From: Perna viridis
Taxonomy: Eukaryota
Direction of reading: 5' to 3'
Length of the DNA: 64,000 nucleotides
Assembly (NCBI GenBank): GCA_037379345.1
Contig: CM074513.1
Span: 50,137,195 to 50,201,194, forward strand
The position numbers were made by a program, and so were the translations under genes. This document shows, piece by piece, positions 1 to 12,828 of this stretch; the first letter of the stretch is position 1, and each line of letters starts with the position of its first letter. Below the pieces are notes generated by a model that was given only the letters and a program-made list of their open reading frames with translations, was not told where the DNA came from and did not search any database.

Positions 1-1893
1 ATCGTGTACAAATACACATGCTTTGGTTTCACAATAACTTAATTATGTTCAATGTATTATGATAACATGTTTGAAATGGAAATGAAAATACCACTAAAAA
101 ATTTGTTTTTATTTTATTAAGATTGGATTAACCTCATGTTGACCTTTTTATCGTAGTTGCACATTTAAATACGGAAAAAATATCAAATATCAACTATTTT
201 ATTCCTTACATTTTCAGATTTATATATTTTCACAAAATGCTTTGTTGCTGCTTGAAAAAATAACGTGTTTTGAATGAACTTTATTAAGACTAAGAACATT
301 TTCAAACTAGTTTCTCTATAGAAACGTATTTTGAGGATGTTTCCTGTAATTTTCAATGCAGATATGAAACGATCGGTCACATCAGGGTACTCGCAATTGA
401 AAAAAGTCTAAACTTTCACATTCAGTCAGTAGCAAGACTAAAATGTAATTTTTACATATATTTCTACAAATTCCTTTCAATTATGGTCTTAGCGAAAAAG
501 GGAAAGACGAAAATGACCCTTTTGATAAAAACACATTATCAGTAAAGGTTGTTTTAATTTAATAATGGTTTTGCAGTGTTCCCATTCGTAGCATGCAAGA
601 AAGTCGAAAAAAGTATTTCAAGAACTTGCTTTATGAAAATAGTTTTATTCTATTGTATTTTTTTTCATTGGTTGTCCCTGTAACTTTGCTAAAATAGATA
701 TTTGAAATCACCTTCGCTTTTTAGTGAGCCAACAGTGATTTGATAAGAAGACATGCCTAAACTTGTATCACATTTGTTCTTTATTCTTACTCAATCATTC
801 ATAAAGGAAATCCACTATGTAAGATCTGAAATGAAGTTTGATAGACCCATATGTAGTAACAAAGATGATATTGCGATTCATACTAGAAGCATTTCTGAAG
901 ATGATTCACTTGTTTCAATGATATCTCCAACATACCCTTTACATAGTTAATACACATCATTGTGTCTAAGGACTAGATCTTAAGAGCAGTTTTTAATACT
1001 TCTAATATGCGTTAAACTTTGTGTTAATAGTACCAAATGAGTACTTTCGTATAATTAAAAGTTCATCACCTAAATATTGTTCTACATTCCGAAGAAGAAG
1101 TTGCCTACAACAATGTTTTAGTTAATAACATACAGAACTTGGAACGGTGTACACGGTGTTATAATTAACAATTTTGTGTATTTGGATTCCGACTTTTGTT
1201 TTTAGATAAAAACGTCCATGGTCGATTATATGTTGTATATAGAAATAGAAATGTTTTTACCTTATTACAATGTAGTTAATAAAAAGATGGTTAATCATTG
1301 GAAAACACAACAGTACAACGTAACAATCACCAATAGAGTACAGGAAAAACACAAAATTAAAAACAAAAACGTTTGAAAAGACGACTTAAGGTAGATCATA
1401 CTTATTACACGGAGCACTCTGTTTTGACATATATAATTTCTATCAACTACCAGTGTTTGAAATTATGTAAAAATAATGTATTCAAATTATTTCAAATATT
1501 TTTTGACATGAAAGTTAGAATGGTAAAGTTATAAAGAAATTTTTAATATTGCAAGAAAACGAGTTCGGTGTGTCATCTTTGAAAAAAACTTTGAAAAAAA
1601 TTATCTACTAGAAATATTAGGTAGGATCTACCATAAATCTATGGGCTTCTTATCTTTGTCAAAGTAGTTTTTTGTGTAAGTTGTTGAGTTTTATTTATAA
1701 GGAAAACAGTGATATAATATACGAATACCATTTATCTTGAATAATTAAATACTTTGATTTCATGTTAGTTATAATTATCAATATAAAAATAACATTATTT
1801 GTTTATGACATTAATCTGGTCTGAATAACAAAAGCATATAAAACTTCGTTATTTTGTACGCACTTTATTTAATAAGCTTTATGCATTTTACAG

Positions 1894-4800
1894 CAAGAGA
1901 AAAAAATTCAATTACCCCATCTGTAAGTATTTTACTTAACTGACTGAACGTAACACTAAATTATGTACACTTACCTTTAACTTGTGGCTGTAAAAACAAG
2001 GTATGGAGAATTATTTCGACTGTCTTTATATTTCTAGTGGGAAAGTAAATTAATTTAACTACTTAAAGTATTTTAACTTACCCAAGGCCAACTAAAAGCT
2101 CTTGTGATAAAATATTTTTTTTTAAATGTTTGAATGCTAGAAAATCAAATGACATAATTTTAAAACGCATAGCAAACAATATTTATCATTTTTGTTCAAA
2201 AATGTCCATGAAGGTCAATGTCTTTCTTTATATTTTAAAGGAAAGAATTTCACAAAAAGATACTAAAAGTAAGTAAACTTTACAAAACTTCGTTATGTAT
2301 ATGTATGTGAATATTTTTAGTCCTGGTATGTTTAATTCGTCCTGAGAGCAGATCGGACACACTGTTGTCTTGTAAGACTGTGGTGTCCCCAGATGGGAAT
2401 CTTAGCACGCTCACATCTGGTATGGATAGTGCCCCGACTATTAAAAAAAAGTACCCAATCACACGTTCAGTCTGCAGACCATCTATTCCAGTACAAACAT
2501 TCAGACTATTTCAAAATAACCAAACCATGTTCCAAATGATATATTTGAAACTACAGCAATGATGAACCATATTGTACTTTATCAAAATGTGGTATTAAAA
2601 ATTGCAAATTCCTTCTCTAGTTCCCTTACAACAAAACCTTCCATACACGAAGTCACGATGACTTTAGTTGCAAATCAAAAGTTAATATATGGATTAGAAG
2701 GCAACTTATGCGGTCTAATATATGTCGATGAAACACAGAACGATTAAACAAAAGAATGTGCGGTCATCATTTGGGAATAAATACCACCGAATTCCCCACA
2801 ATTTATCAACATTTTAATCAACAAGATCATTCAAACCTATCTATGAAAGTTCGTATTTTAGAAAAAATTACCATCCTACGAACAGTACCGTTCTAAGTAA
2901 AAATTATCGTAGGGAAAAAGAGGAGTACTGGATACGCAGACTAGGTACTGCAATACCTTACGGATGCAATGACAACATCAAAATAATAGGAAACCTTTCA
3001 AGCCAATATAGCATAAATGTGATGAATTTATTTGACAAAACTCCAAGACGGGAAAGGAGTCATGGCCATCGCCGTTATACGTCACATAAGTTACATGATA
3101 TCTCAATAGATGATCTCCTTCCTTTCATACAAAATCCTCTTAGACTTCATCACATTAGAACCAAACTCTATTCTATACCTCTCACTCTTCTACACTCCCT
3201 TTACAAAACAAGTCTTGACAATCCTGTTTCTAACCCCACCTCATCATTATACAGACTTGTTGCCATCATTTTAGATTTTGGTTTCCACAGACTCTTTAAA
3301 CCAGTTTGTGTGAAAAGTCAAGATGAAGAAAACGATCATTTCTTCCACTACTGTTTGTCAACAAATGTATAGATGCAATTAATTTATCCAACATTCTCCA
3401 TCACAAAAACGTTACTAACAAAATTCCCCCATATTTCAAAGACAAACCCATACCATTTATTTCATATTCCTATACTTCACCCATTGCATCCAAAATTTTC
3501 AATTATAAAAGGCTATTGCAGAACCTCGACATTGAGGACTTCAAGGCTAAACCACCTGACTGTTCTTGCAAAACTCTCCATTCAAATTCGGTCCTTCGAT
3601 CACGTCGTTACGGAAAGGAATATTTGTCCATCATCGAAAACGAATCTCTGTGTAATATCCTTTCTAAAGGTCCCAAGTACCGTGAACCGCGCTCCATAAA
3701 TTGGAATTATAACTTTAAAGTTTTTATGGATGCCGTGGAGGACTACTCAAGACAAATGGATAAAACGAGAACAAGAAGACATTGATTCTCTGACAGGGTG
3801 GTTAAAGGCCGTGAGGTTTTTAATTTTGAAACGAATGAAAGTTTTAAGTTGGTCAATAAGTGTCAATGCAAAACGTTTTACACCCAATGTTTATTATCAG
3901 AGGTAGACGTAGGAAATAATATCAGTGATAAGACCTGTACTGCTACTACATTCTTCAAAGAGGAAATTGTGGAAAACCATAACTCTACCCTATCTTTTTT
4001 TGGTCTCTCTACCAAGGACGATGACTGATTTACCGTCTATGCACTGGATTCCTAAACTCCATAAGAATTCATCCAAACAACGTTACATAGCTGGATCTGC
4101 GAAATCCACCACAAAACCTCTTTCAAAGCTTTTAACTTCTATACTCACAACTGTCAAAGAGGGTTGCAGTCCTACCACAACACTTGTTACTCCCGTAGTG
4201 GTATTAATTCAATGCGGATCCTGAAAAATTCGAAAGATCTTTTGGAGACAATCAGTTCAAGACTATTATCAGAATATAATAGCATTAAAATTTATGATTT
4301 TTCAACACTGTATACTTCTATTCCACATACTCAGTTAAAATCCTTACTTAACAACATTATACATCGTTGTTTTTCAAAAAAAGATGGTACACATAGATAC
4401 AAATATATAGTTCTTGGTAGAGATTCCTCATACTTTGTAAGAAATAATTCCAAATCATCTTCCAAATATACAGACGAAGATGCTTACAATATGCTTTTAA
4501 TCGACAACATATTTGTCCAGTGTGGTTGACGTGTTTTTCAACAAACGGTCGGCATTCCAATGAGAACAAATTGTGCTCGTCTACTTGCTGACCTATTCCA
4601 TCACTCTTATGAGGCTGACTTTATAGCTGATCTGATCCGGAAAATAGAATATCGTTTAGCTAGATCCTTTAATCTCAGTTTCCGCTGTATAGATGACGTA
4701 TTATCTTTAAACAATCCTAATTTTAGGGATTTTATACATCGCATCTTCCCCAAAGAACTTAAGATAAAGGATACTACAGACACTGTGAATTCAGCTTCAT

Positions 4801-7800
4801 ATTTTGACCTACTCTTAGAAATCGATGGTAAAGGAAAGCTATTGACCAAACTTTACGACAAATGTGATGACTTTTCATTCAGAATTGTCAGCTTTCCTTT
4901 CATCTGTGGCAACATCCCTTCAGCACCCGCGCATGGAGTGTTCATATCACAACTCATACGTCATGCCAGAGCTTGCCTAGACAACGCAGACTTTTTGTAT
5001 CGTGCTAGAATTCTATAAAAAAAAAAATGGCTTCTGGAGCAGGGTTATGTTGCTACAAGATTGAACTCATCACTACAAAAGTTTTATGGTCGTCATCATG
5101 AACTCGTGGATCGTTGCGGTGTATCCACCTGCGCCATGAAAACTGAATTGTTCTATGTGTCATAGTTTTTTCCTTCCTCTTTAGTCTATCCCGGACTTTT
5201 TATAAGCAATTCGGTGGGTGTTTCTAGAAAAACACAGGACGCTTACCCTACCGGTGCACTTAGTTTTTAGCGCAAACCGAGTTGCCCCGTGCAGGTCCGG
5301 GTGTTAAAAGAATTGGCCTGCAGCAGCGCTAAGCTTGTCGTATAAGGCGACTAAATAGTGCTCAGAAACTTAGCCGGGGGGCTAGGCGCTCTGCCCACAG
5401 AGCAACTGGGATGTGTGCCCCAGGTGGTGGAATGGGGTACCCCTGGCGTGTTACATGCTGGGGTTGTCAGGCTATAATACGGAAAACCTGACCGCAAACC
5501 ATAGTGGTGCACAGTGTTGGGAAAGATACCACGTTCCTCGCACGTTAAAGAACCCTGCTGTGGTATTCGATAGGAGTAGGAACCGTTGCGCTCCGCCACA
5601 GGAGGCTAAATTGCCCGATCTTACCCATCGCCCCTTTTTCCAGTGGCAATCAAAATTTGTCGACCCTATTATCCTTGTGACCTATCCTTTTTTTTTCATT
5701 TCATGTTCATTATATCATCCATTTCATGTTCATTGTCTGAATATAGCTGAAATATTGCTGCTCGGACGTTAAACCCCAACAAACAAACAAGCAAACCAAG
5801 TTGTTCATTTGGTTTTGTTACTTTGTATGTATGATTTTAGTTACTTTATGTTCTTTGTTGTGTATGTCGGTTTTCCCTGTCTGGACTTTGTCTTTGATTA
5901 CCCTATAACCTTGGTTCCCTTGGTCACTTTTTATATTAAATAAAAGAAAATCTTTACTGGTTACTTAGAATACACACAAATGTTCAGGAGAGGTACTTGG
6001 AACGTTGCGGTTGTTGTTTTGTTCTTTGCCAGAGTTTCTTGTTTGTTATTTTTTCTGGCCATCTAATATTCAGTATATTTCTTAGGCACTTGTTAACAAA
6101 GACTTGTATAGATTTCATGGTGTTTTCTGTTTCTCTCCAGGTCTCGCAACCATATAACAGGACAGACTTAACATTGCTGTTGAAAATTTTGATCTTAGTA
6201 GTCGTTCTCAGTGTTCTACTTTTCCATACTGGTTTTAGAATGGAAAAAGCCTGTAATGCTTTCATCTTTCTGGCTTGTAAATCTTCGTCAGTGCCTCCAG
6301 TTGTACTCATGACACTTCCAAGGTACGTAAATTTATCTACATTCTCTATCTGTTGATTATTTACCAATATTGGATCCATCTGGTTTTGTTGGATTCTCAT
6401 GGCTTTGGTTTTGGCTGTGTTGATATACAATCCTGTTCTTTTAGCTGTTTCTTCGAGATGGTTGACCTGGTGTTGGGAATCTTGAAGACGATGCGATAGT
6501 GTGCATATGTCGACTGCAAATTCGAGGTCTTCTAGACGAGATGTTAGTGTCCATTGTATACCATGAGGGTCGTTGTAAGCTGTTCTTGCTATCCAGTCGA
6601 TGACTATGAGAAAGAGAAGGGGAGAGAGAATGCATCCTTGCCTTACGCCAGTTGTTACAGGGAAAGGATCCGTCAAAGTACCAGCATGTATGACCTATGT
6701 TCGAACATAGGAATGCCTATATTTATAAATTCACTGGACTTTGCTTATTGATTATTTTAAAAGTTTCAATTGTTATAGATCTTAAGCGTCTGACTTAAGT
6801 GATCGAAATTTAGATTTTTCTAATAACTATTCAGAAGACAGATCATAATCTACATAGAAAAGTTTCAGATATCTTTCCTGAATCTTTTCTATTTTCTTTG
6901 TATTTTTGCACTACAAAAATGCAATATTATAGGATCCCAATTAAAATTTGATAATTTAAAAGAATATTGCAAGGTAAAACGACCTACTTTATTCAGATAA
7001 CTACCTATTCATTTCAATATATTCAGTTGCCTTGATGCCTTTATACACATTTCTGTTTATTAACTTTAATTCATAGTCTATAGTAATATCAAGTAATATT
7101 ACATCTTTTATTGCCTATTACCAAAACTTTTTTCCCAATTGCTAGCAGTTTTAAATTATCACCCTCTAAATTTTTGCCACCAAATCTAAACAATTATTGA
7201 CATAAAATAGAGTGTTGTCACCTGGTTAGTTATACACAGTACTGAAATCTACAATATGCAAAATATCGTTTATAGAAATGTTGAATAATACAGGGCCCAG
7301 TATTTAACCTTCTGGAACACCTTTGTGCATTGTTTCAAAGGGACTGCATGTACTATTTACTAAAACACATTGTTTCCTGTTTGTAAGATAACTTGATAAA
7401 AGATTGATTAATTCTTCTGACAACCCATGTGCTTCAATTTTAAAAAAAAATCAAATCATGAGATAAACAATCAAAGCTTTCGACAAATCCATTAGTATAA
7501 CAGATAAATATTTGTTCAAATGTTTTTTTCCATCATTTTTTATCCAGGCAGTTTGACACCCAAAACCTTTTCTTAATCCTGACAACAGTGGATTGAATTT
7601 AATATCGAAAAAATTCTGAAAGTTGATCAAAATTGTCTGTTTCAAATGGTTTAGAAATACTAAGAAGTACACTGACAGGACATTAATTATAGGTTTTACA
7701 ATAACAGTTTGTAACAAATTCTTTAGACACTGATTTAAATACAAGTTGATTTACATGTGTTTTATTATCATTTATCATACGTATGTAAGGATGGTTTTTG

Positions 7801-10800
7801 TCTACAACTGCAGAACTATCTCCAATATCTTTAGCTACACTGATGAAAAATTATTAAATTTAGATGGATCATTTACCACTCCAACACTTTTAAAAAGTGA
7901 AATGTTTTAATTTGTTTTGACACCTTTTGTGGGATATTAATGGTTCTATTGTAGGCCATATATGTTAATTTTGGTCATTCGATGTGTCTCTTTAAAATTG
8001 ATTTTTGCCCCGTGCAGGTCCGGATGTTAAAAGAATAGGCCTGCAGCAGCGCTAAGCTTGTCGTAAAAGGCGACTAAATAGTGCTCAGAACCCTAGCCGG
8101 GGGCTAGGGTGCTCTGCCCACAGAGCAACTGGGATCTGTGCCCTAGGTTGTGGAATGGGGTACCCCTGGCGTGTTACATGCTGGGGTTGTCAGGCTATAA
8201 TACGGAAAACTTTCAGCTTATTAATTTTGTTGGACTGCCCGTTCCGTGGTTACAGACTACCCATAAATGACAAAACTTGAATCCAAAGAATGATAATGAA
8301 AATACCCAGTATGAAGTCAAACACGTTCGAAATGACCTATTGCTGCTTGTTTTTGTGAATATTTATCAATGTTATGTGACGCTTCTAATTGTTTTGTTTT
8401 ATTTTTTGTTTTTGTGTTTTGTCTTTCTCGGCTTACTAATGCTTAAAGAAATTGTTCACAAATATCTATAGACTACATAACAGTCTTTGTTTTCTATTGT
8501 TGTGTGCTTTTGAGATAAAATTTATATAGATTGTACATGAGATTGGCACTTTGCAAGAGATTGGGATGCATTTTGGGAGATTGAAGTGCAATTTTCTCAA
8601 AATTACAGATCTAAATACAGAAAGGACTATTGTCATATAAACATATAGCATATGTAGACAGAAAAAGCATTGTTTGAACCGTGGGTTTTCCTACAGCATG
8701 AATCACCTTACCATAGGCAGTGTCTGAATTTTATATGGACTGGTACTTAACATCTTTAATACATTATCACTATTACTTATTATAGTGTTGCTGAAATTAA
8801 ATAGACTTTTTTTCAGTCTACACTCCTTATTTTTTGGAATGTATATTGTGATCCTAGATCCTATATCAACAGGTTTCCTAATCCCTGTATTTTTATCTAA
8901 GTAAAAGTAAATATTTTTTGCAATTAAATTTAAAAAATCTAAATTTTAATTCTCAATACATGAGCATGCCAATACATAAAGTATTAAAATATTAAAAAGG
9001 TAACATTTAAAATAACTATCATATAATTGACCTTGGAAGAGAAATTATTTACTTCTTGAAATTGAATTTTGATGATGATGGAAGCTCTTTATTAGAATAT
9101 CAGTTATAGTTAAAATAACAGCCAGAATGAAAAAGGTGCTTTATTGGAGAGCGTATGTGATAGCAGTTCTTTCTAAGCATAATGTCAGTGCTAATTGTTG
9201 TCAACCGCCGAAAAACTGTGCAAAAAGGCAAAAATTGGAAGGGCGTGCCAGACTTTAGATACGGTCATTTCAAAGACCTGACATTTATTATTTTCTTTTA
9301 AATAATTATTTACTTTCATAACAGGTAGTAAAACAACTTTTCATCTTTTGTTCCATACATTTGAGCAGATAGGAAAAAATAGTGGAACAAAAATAATGTT
9401 TTAAATGCAAAACAAATTAAAGAACTAAATAAGAGTAACAACAAAATCACCGAACACCATTCCGATTTATTCTCAAACCAAGTCCAAAAATAAATCTGGC
9501 GAAATAGATATTATACTACCGGAGCAGCTGTTATTGCAATGGTTTTGACTTGGTACAGGCACTTAAGGCGAAATGGTGGGTTAAATTTAGGTTTTACAAC
9601 GCGCTTAACCTCCCTCATCCATTGCGGCGTGACTATACCAGTGGTGATTAAAAAGCATTTGCATGCTATTGTCATAATCGGTAAATCAGAGATCACATCA
9701 GCACAAGGAATATTTTACAAAAAAAAACAATCATTACTTATCGTTTTAAAAGAAACTGAGTATTATTTTAACTAAGGACTGATATCTAAAAAAAGATTTG
9801 TGTAAGAGACCTTCTAAGACGCATTTCCTCATACCCCTGATTTGGGAGTCTAGTACTCAAATATTTATGGCGTTCAAGAAAATCAGAGTAGTTAGTACTT
9901 GCTCTAGCGTAGCGAATCAATTGTAAAACACCATATACAGGAGACGAAGGGATATTGCTACACAGGTAAGGAAAATTCCAGGTGTAGGTCAAAAAAGGAT
10001 GCAGAACAGGCTGTTTCTGTAGTCTCCTTTAACTCGAGCTCTGGTGGATATATTGACGGTAACCATTTACCAAAAGGAGGGTGTTGATCGACAATACATC
10101 ATCAATTTATCTGTATGTAAAGTTAAAGGATTTAGCATCTATTAATTTTTTGTATTCTTTACGGGGTTATGAAGAAATTCAGTCTCGTTTAAATAAGAGA
10201 TATGTTTTCAATTTTATTAAAAAAAAAAGATTTATTTAATATTTGTTTAAAAGATAGTAATGATAATCGAAATGGAAAACATTCAGTGAGAGAAAAAGTT
10301 CATACAGATGAAGATCAATTAAAAGGAAGTACCAAGACTAAAGAAAAGACGAAGAAAAAGAAAAAGAAGACGAAAAAAGGTAGACAAAACCGAAATAATC
10401 CCTTTTTGCAACATAATGGGCATACCACTCTTGTTCTTATAAACCTGGCAATCAATATTTTTAATACATTAGCACTAGTAATTTTCAATATAATTCCTCT
10501 GGTCAACACTCCCTATTTTAGAATTTATAGGCCGATCCTAGACCTTATATGAACTTGATTCCTATTCCTTTTTCAGCTATGTTCTCATAATTTAAATTTT
10601 AATTTACGAATTACAAAGAAAAATGACCAACGAAACATTAAAAGTTACTATTCTATTATTAGTTGTGTAAAGACAGTATTTATTCCATGAATATTAACAG
10701 ATTTCTTGGTATTGAAACAGATTTTGATAACGGTGAAGGTCATTCTATATCTAAATATCATTTATATAAATAAAACAGCCAGAATTAAAAGGGTGTTTTA

Positions 10801-12828
10801 ATTAACAGCGTGTGCGATACAATTCTTTCTGAGCATTATTTCAGTGTTAATGATTGTCATCCACAAGAAAACTTACACGGGGAATGCGTGCCAGATATTG
10901 GATATGGTCATTTTGAAGGGCTGACATTTATTATTCTTTTCTTGCAATTATTTGTTCTCATTTTTATTCAAATAGCAGATAGGAAGGAAAAAATGGAACA
11001 AAAATAATTTTAAAGATTTACCAATTTGCAGAAAAAGGAAAAGATCTAATAATAGTATATCATAGAACTCATTTAAAACTATAACTTCGAACTTTTGTAG
11101 TACACAGTGAGTAACTAAATAATAATGATTTATGTTATATTTTTTATGTAAGAAAAAAAGGTTTTTTATTATTTATATAATAGAGAGCAACGAAGATCAA
11201 AATGGACAACATTCCGAAATAGAACAAGTTTCTAAAGAGTTGACCAATGGTCAACAATTCCCACCAATAGTATGTATCACGACTAATGAAAATAAGAAGA
11301 AAAAGAAGAAAAAAGGTAGGCAACACCAAAATAATCCTTTTTTGCACATAGCAGACATGCCACTCTTGTTCTTATAAACTCGACTTTAATTCTAATGTAT
11401 CCTTGTTGCCACCATACATTTGTAATAAATAAAATTTTATAAAGTATATATATAGTATAGTGCGGGTCCGGGTGTCAAAACAATAGTCCCACAGCAGCGC
11501 TAAGCTTGTCGTAAGAGGCGACTAGATAGTGATCAGAACCCTTGCCGGGGGCTAGGGCGCTCCTCCCATAGAACAACTGGGTTGTGTGCCCCAGGTGGTG
11601 GAATGGGTTACCCCTGGCATGCTGAATAAAGCTTATATATTGCTGCTTGGGCGTTAAACCCTAACGATCGATCAATCGATCAATAAAGTATATATCATTT
11701 TTAGCCATCTAGATTACCTCATTGGATCTAATTAGTCGCAAAAAATAAACCAAGCATTTGTATTTTTTTTATTGCCACTTTTTATACTGTTTTCTTTTAG
11801 ACATCAACTTTCTAAAGAACGACGAAAGTACATCATTAGACAACCTAATCAGTTGTCTAATGGTATCAAACACATATGTCAATAATGCAAGAGCCCCACT
11901 ATGATGAAAAATGTCAAGTCTAATTAGGGGGGTCACACCTAACTTTAGATCAAACATGCCGATTTTAGCATATAAAACATCATAAAAAGACATTTTGTGC
12001 ACTTTCATTTGAGATACAAGAATAAGCAATGATAAGGGCTATAGTAGCTTATGATATAAATATATATTTCAGATATTCTTCCATTTGACTTGTAGTTGGA
12101 AGTTTTATTTCAAGTATAGTACTTCAAACAAACTTTTATACGGTCAAAAATGTTTACACGGCACCAAAGCTTTCAAATGAGCTAGAATAATGAATAATTG
12201 AACTCTACTCATGGTCAAGGTTCAAATTGAATGGAGTGTCCTTCAAAGCATGCAAAAATGCTACCGAAAATGAATTGAAGGGGAATTAAAAAACTGAAAT
12301 GTCATCTCCTTTTGTTTCTGACTTAAATAAGTATCAAGTAAAAAACATGCTAATTTGTTACACACATACTTGTTTTCTCATCTTTAACAGATAATCAGAG
12401 TAAAGAATTTTATGCTTGTTATGACAATGAAAGTCATGAAAAGGAAAATTGCAATGAAGGTTGGTAGATGTAAAAAGATATTTGAATGTTAATATGTATC
12501 AATATTTGCAATAATTAGACCTTATCAGAATAATATACATGATACTTGATATGAGAGAGATATTCCAAAATTATGTATACAGGCAATGCGTTTCATTTTT
12601 ATAAATTCGATGATTTTGTGCAAATTATTTTCTCAACATAATATATTGCTATTGTTTCAAGTTATTTTCATTTTGCATTTGTTTGATGATATCACATTGA
12701 TTAAATCCTTGTATTCATGACAATGGTTATCATTATATCGGTTCATTGAACGATTTCTAGTGATGTTTTTCTATCTATTAAGTTTCGTCAATGATTGTCT
12801 CCCTTATTTTTCAGTTGCAAAGTTTTAA
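1894..12828 (+). CDS. Probable 3' exons of an unidentified gene with Lys-rich duplicated exons (partial model)
   Basis: AG/GT-bounded open segments: 1894-1922, 2241-2268, 10254-10379 (126 nt, phase 1-1, DSNDNRNG...TKKKKKKTKK), 11184-11315 (132 nt, phase 1-1, ESNEDQNG...KKKKKKK), 12391-12459 (69 nt, phase 1-1), terminal 12815-12828 (VAKF-stop). The last four join in frame; the link to the first two is uncertain. No family recognised. Confidence 0.45.
2575..3010 (+). pseudogene. GIY-YIG endonuclease domain of the Penelope-like element (frameshifted)
   Basis: LIYG..C..CGLIYV.ET motif, downstream RM.GH segment and E.YWIRRLGT..PYGCN segment (2915-2970) typical of GIY-YIG C-terminal motifs. Confidence 0.75.
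3925..5165 (+). pseudogene. Penelope-type reverse transcriptase (multiple frameshifts and stops)
   Basis: ORFs 3925-4224, 4164-4529, 4560-5018 carry consecutive PLE RT motifs; YIDD is CIDD here. Confidence 0.85.
5284..5790 (+). mobile_element. SINE-like retroposon, copy 1 (complete, inserted in the PLE 3' UTR)
   Basis: 13-bp TSD gcaaacc(g/a)agttg at 5272-5284 and 5791-5803; (caaa)n tail; internal gcacgttaaagaaccc motif (5540-5555) resembling the Nin/Deu SINE domain; three more copies in window. Confidence 0.85.
5990..6690 (-). mobile_element. RTE-clade LINE reverse transcriptase fragment
   Basis: ORF 5984-6676: GVRQGCILSPLLF, LEDLEFAVDIC (FADD mutated), INTAKTKAM, FTYLGS, LLYGCETW, CLRNILNIRWPEKI. 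Confidence 0.85.
7150..7960 (-). mobile_element. Highly decayed CR1/L2-like LINE RT fragment
   Basis: Minus-strand remnants GLRKGFGCQTA, ILMDLSKA, KGVPEG..LGP.LF and SYL.NRKQ.V. Confidence 0.65.
8007..8211 (+). mobile_element. SINE-like retroposon, copy 2 (3'-truncated)
   Basis: Aligns closely with 5284-5489 and starts at the same nucleotide (gccccgtgcaggtcc). Confidence 0.85.
8790..11390 (+). repeat. Old tandem segmental duplication (intron plus exon unit, ~0.9 kb)
   Basis: 9110-9400 aligns with 10770-11010; 10200-10445 aligns with 11150-11380; first copy interrupted by a PLE fragment. Confidence 0.7.
9510..10200 (-). mobile_element. Penelope-like RT 3' fragment of a second subfamily
   Basis: FPYLCSNIPSSPVYGV..QLIRYARAS (ORF 9786-9992) and upstream YR..DDVLSI remnant; different 3' tail from the 2.3-5.9 kb family. 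Confidence 0.7.
11460..11682 (+). mobile_element. SINE-like retroposon, copy 3 (internally deleted)
   Basis: 5' domain and 3' tail of copy 1 joined directly; flanked by ataaagtatatat direct repeats. Confidence 0.8.

Larger units (their letters stand above)
2300..5935 (+). mobile_element. Decayed near full-length Penelope-like retroelement with N-terminal GIY-YIG endonuclease followed by RT (Naiad-type domain order)
   Basis: KCGIKNCK Cys motif (~2585), LIYGLEGNLCGLIYVDET (2682-2735), then RT motifs WIPKLHK, RYIAGS, YDFSTLYTSIPH, GIPMRTNC, FRCIDDVL, NIPSAPAHGVFISQLIR across frameshifted ORFs 3925-5018; 3' tail ...ttggttcccttggtcactttt shared with other copies. Confidence 0.85.

Noticed and set aside
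1387-1980. TTAA-flanked Kolobok-like element
   Set aside because: Terminal match is only a few bases and the interval includes a probable host exon.
4527-4529. In-frame TGA in the PLE RT as a selenocysteine codon
   Set aside because: The copy at ~43235 has GGA (Gly) at this position, so it is a point mutation; no convincing SECIS was seen.
5413-5772. 119-aa ORF and its 128-aa counterpart at 29525-29911 as a protein family
   Set aside because: Both are chance frames in copies of the same non-coding SINE.
2300-5935. Hammerhead ribozyme or pseudo-LTR associated with the PLE
   Set aside because: No ctgatga...gaaa core with flanking stems found by eye here or at other ctgatga sites (7840, 27081, 53721, 63305).
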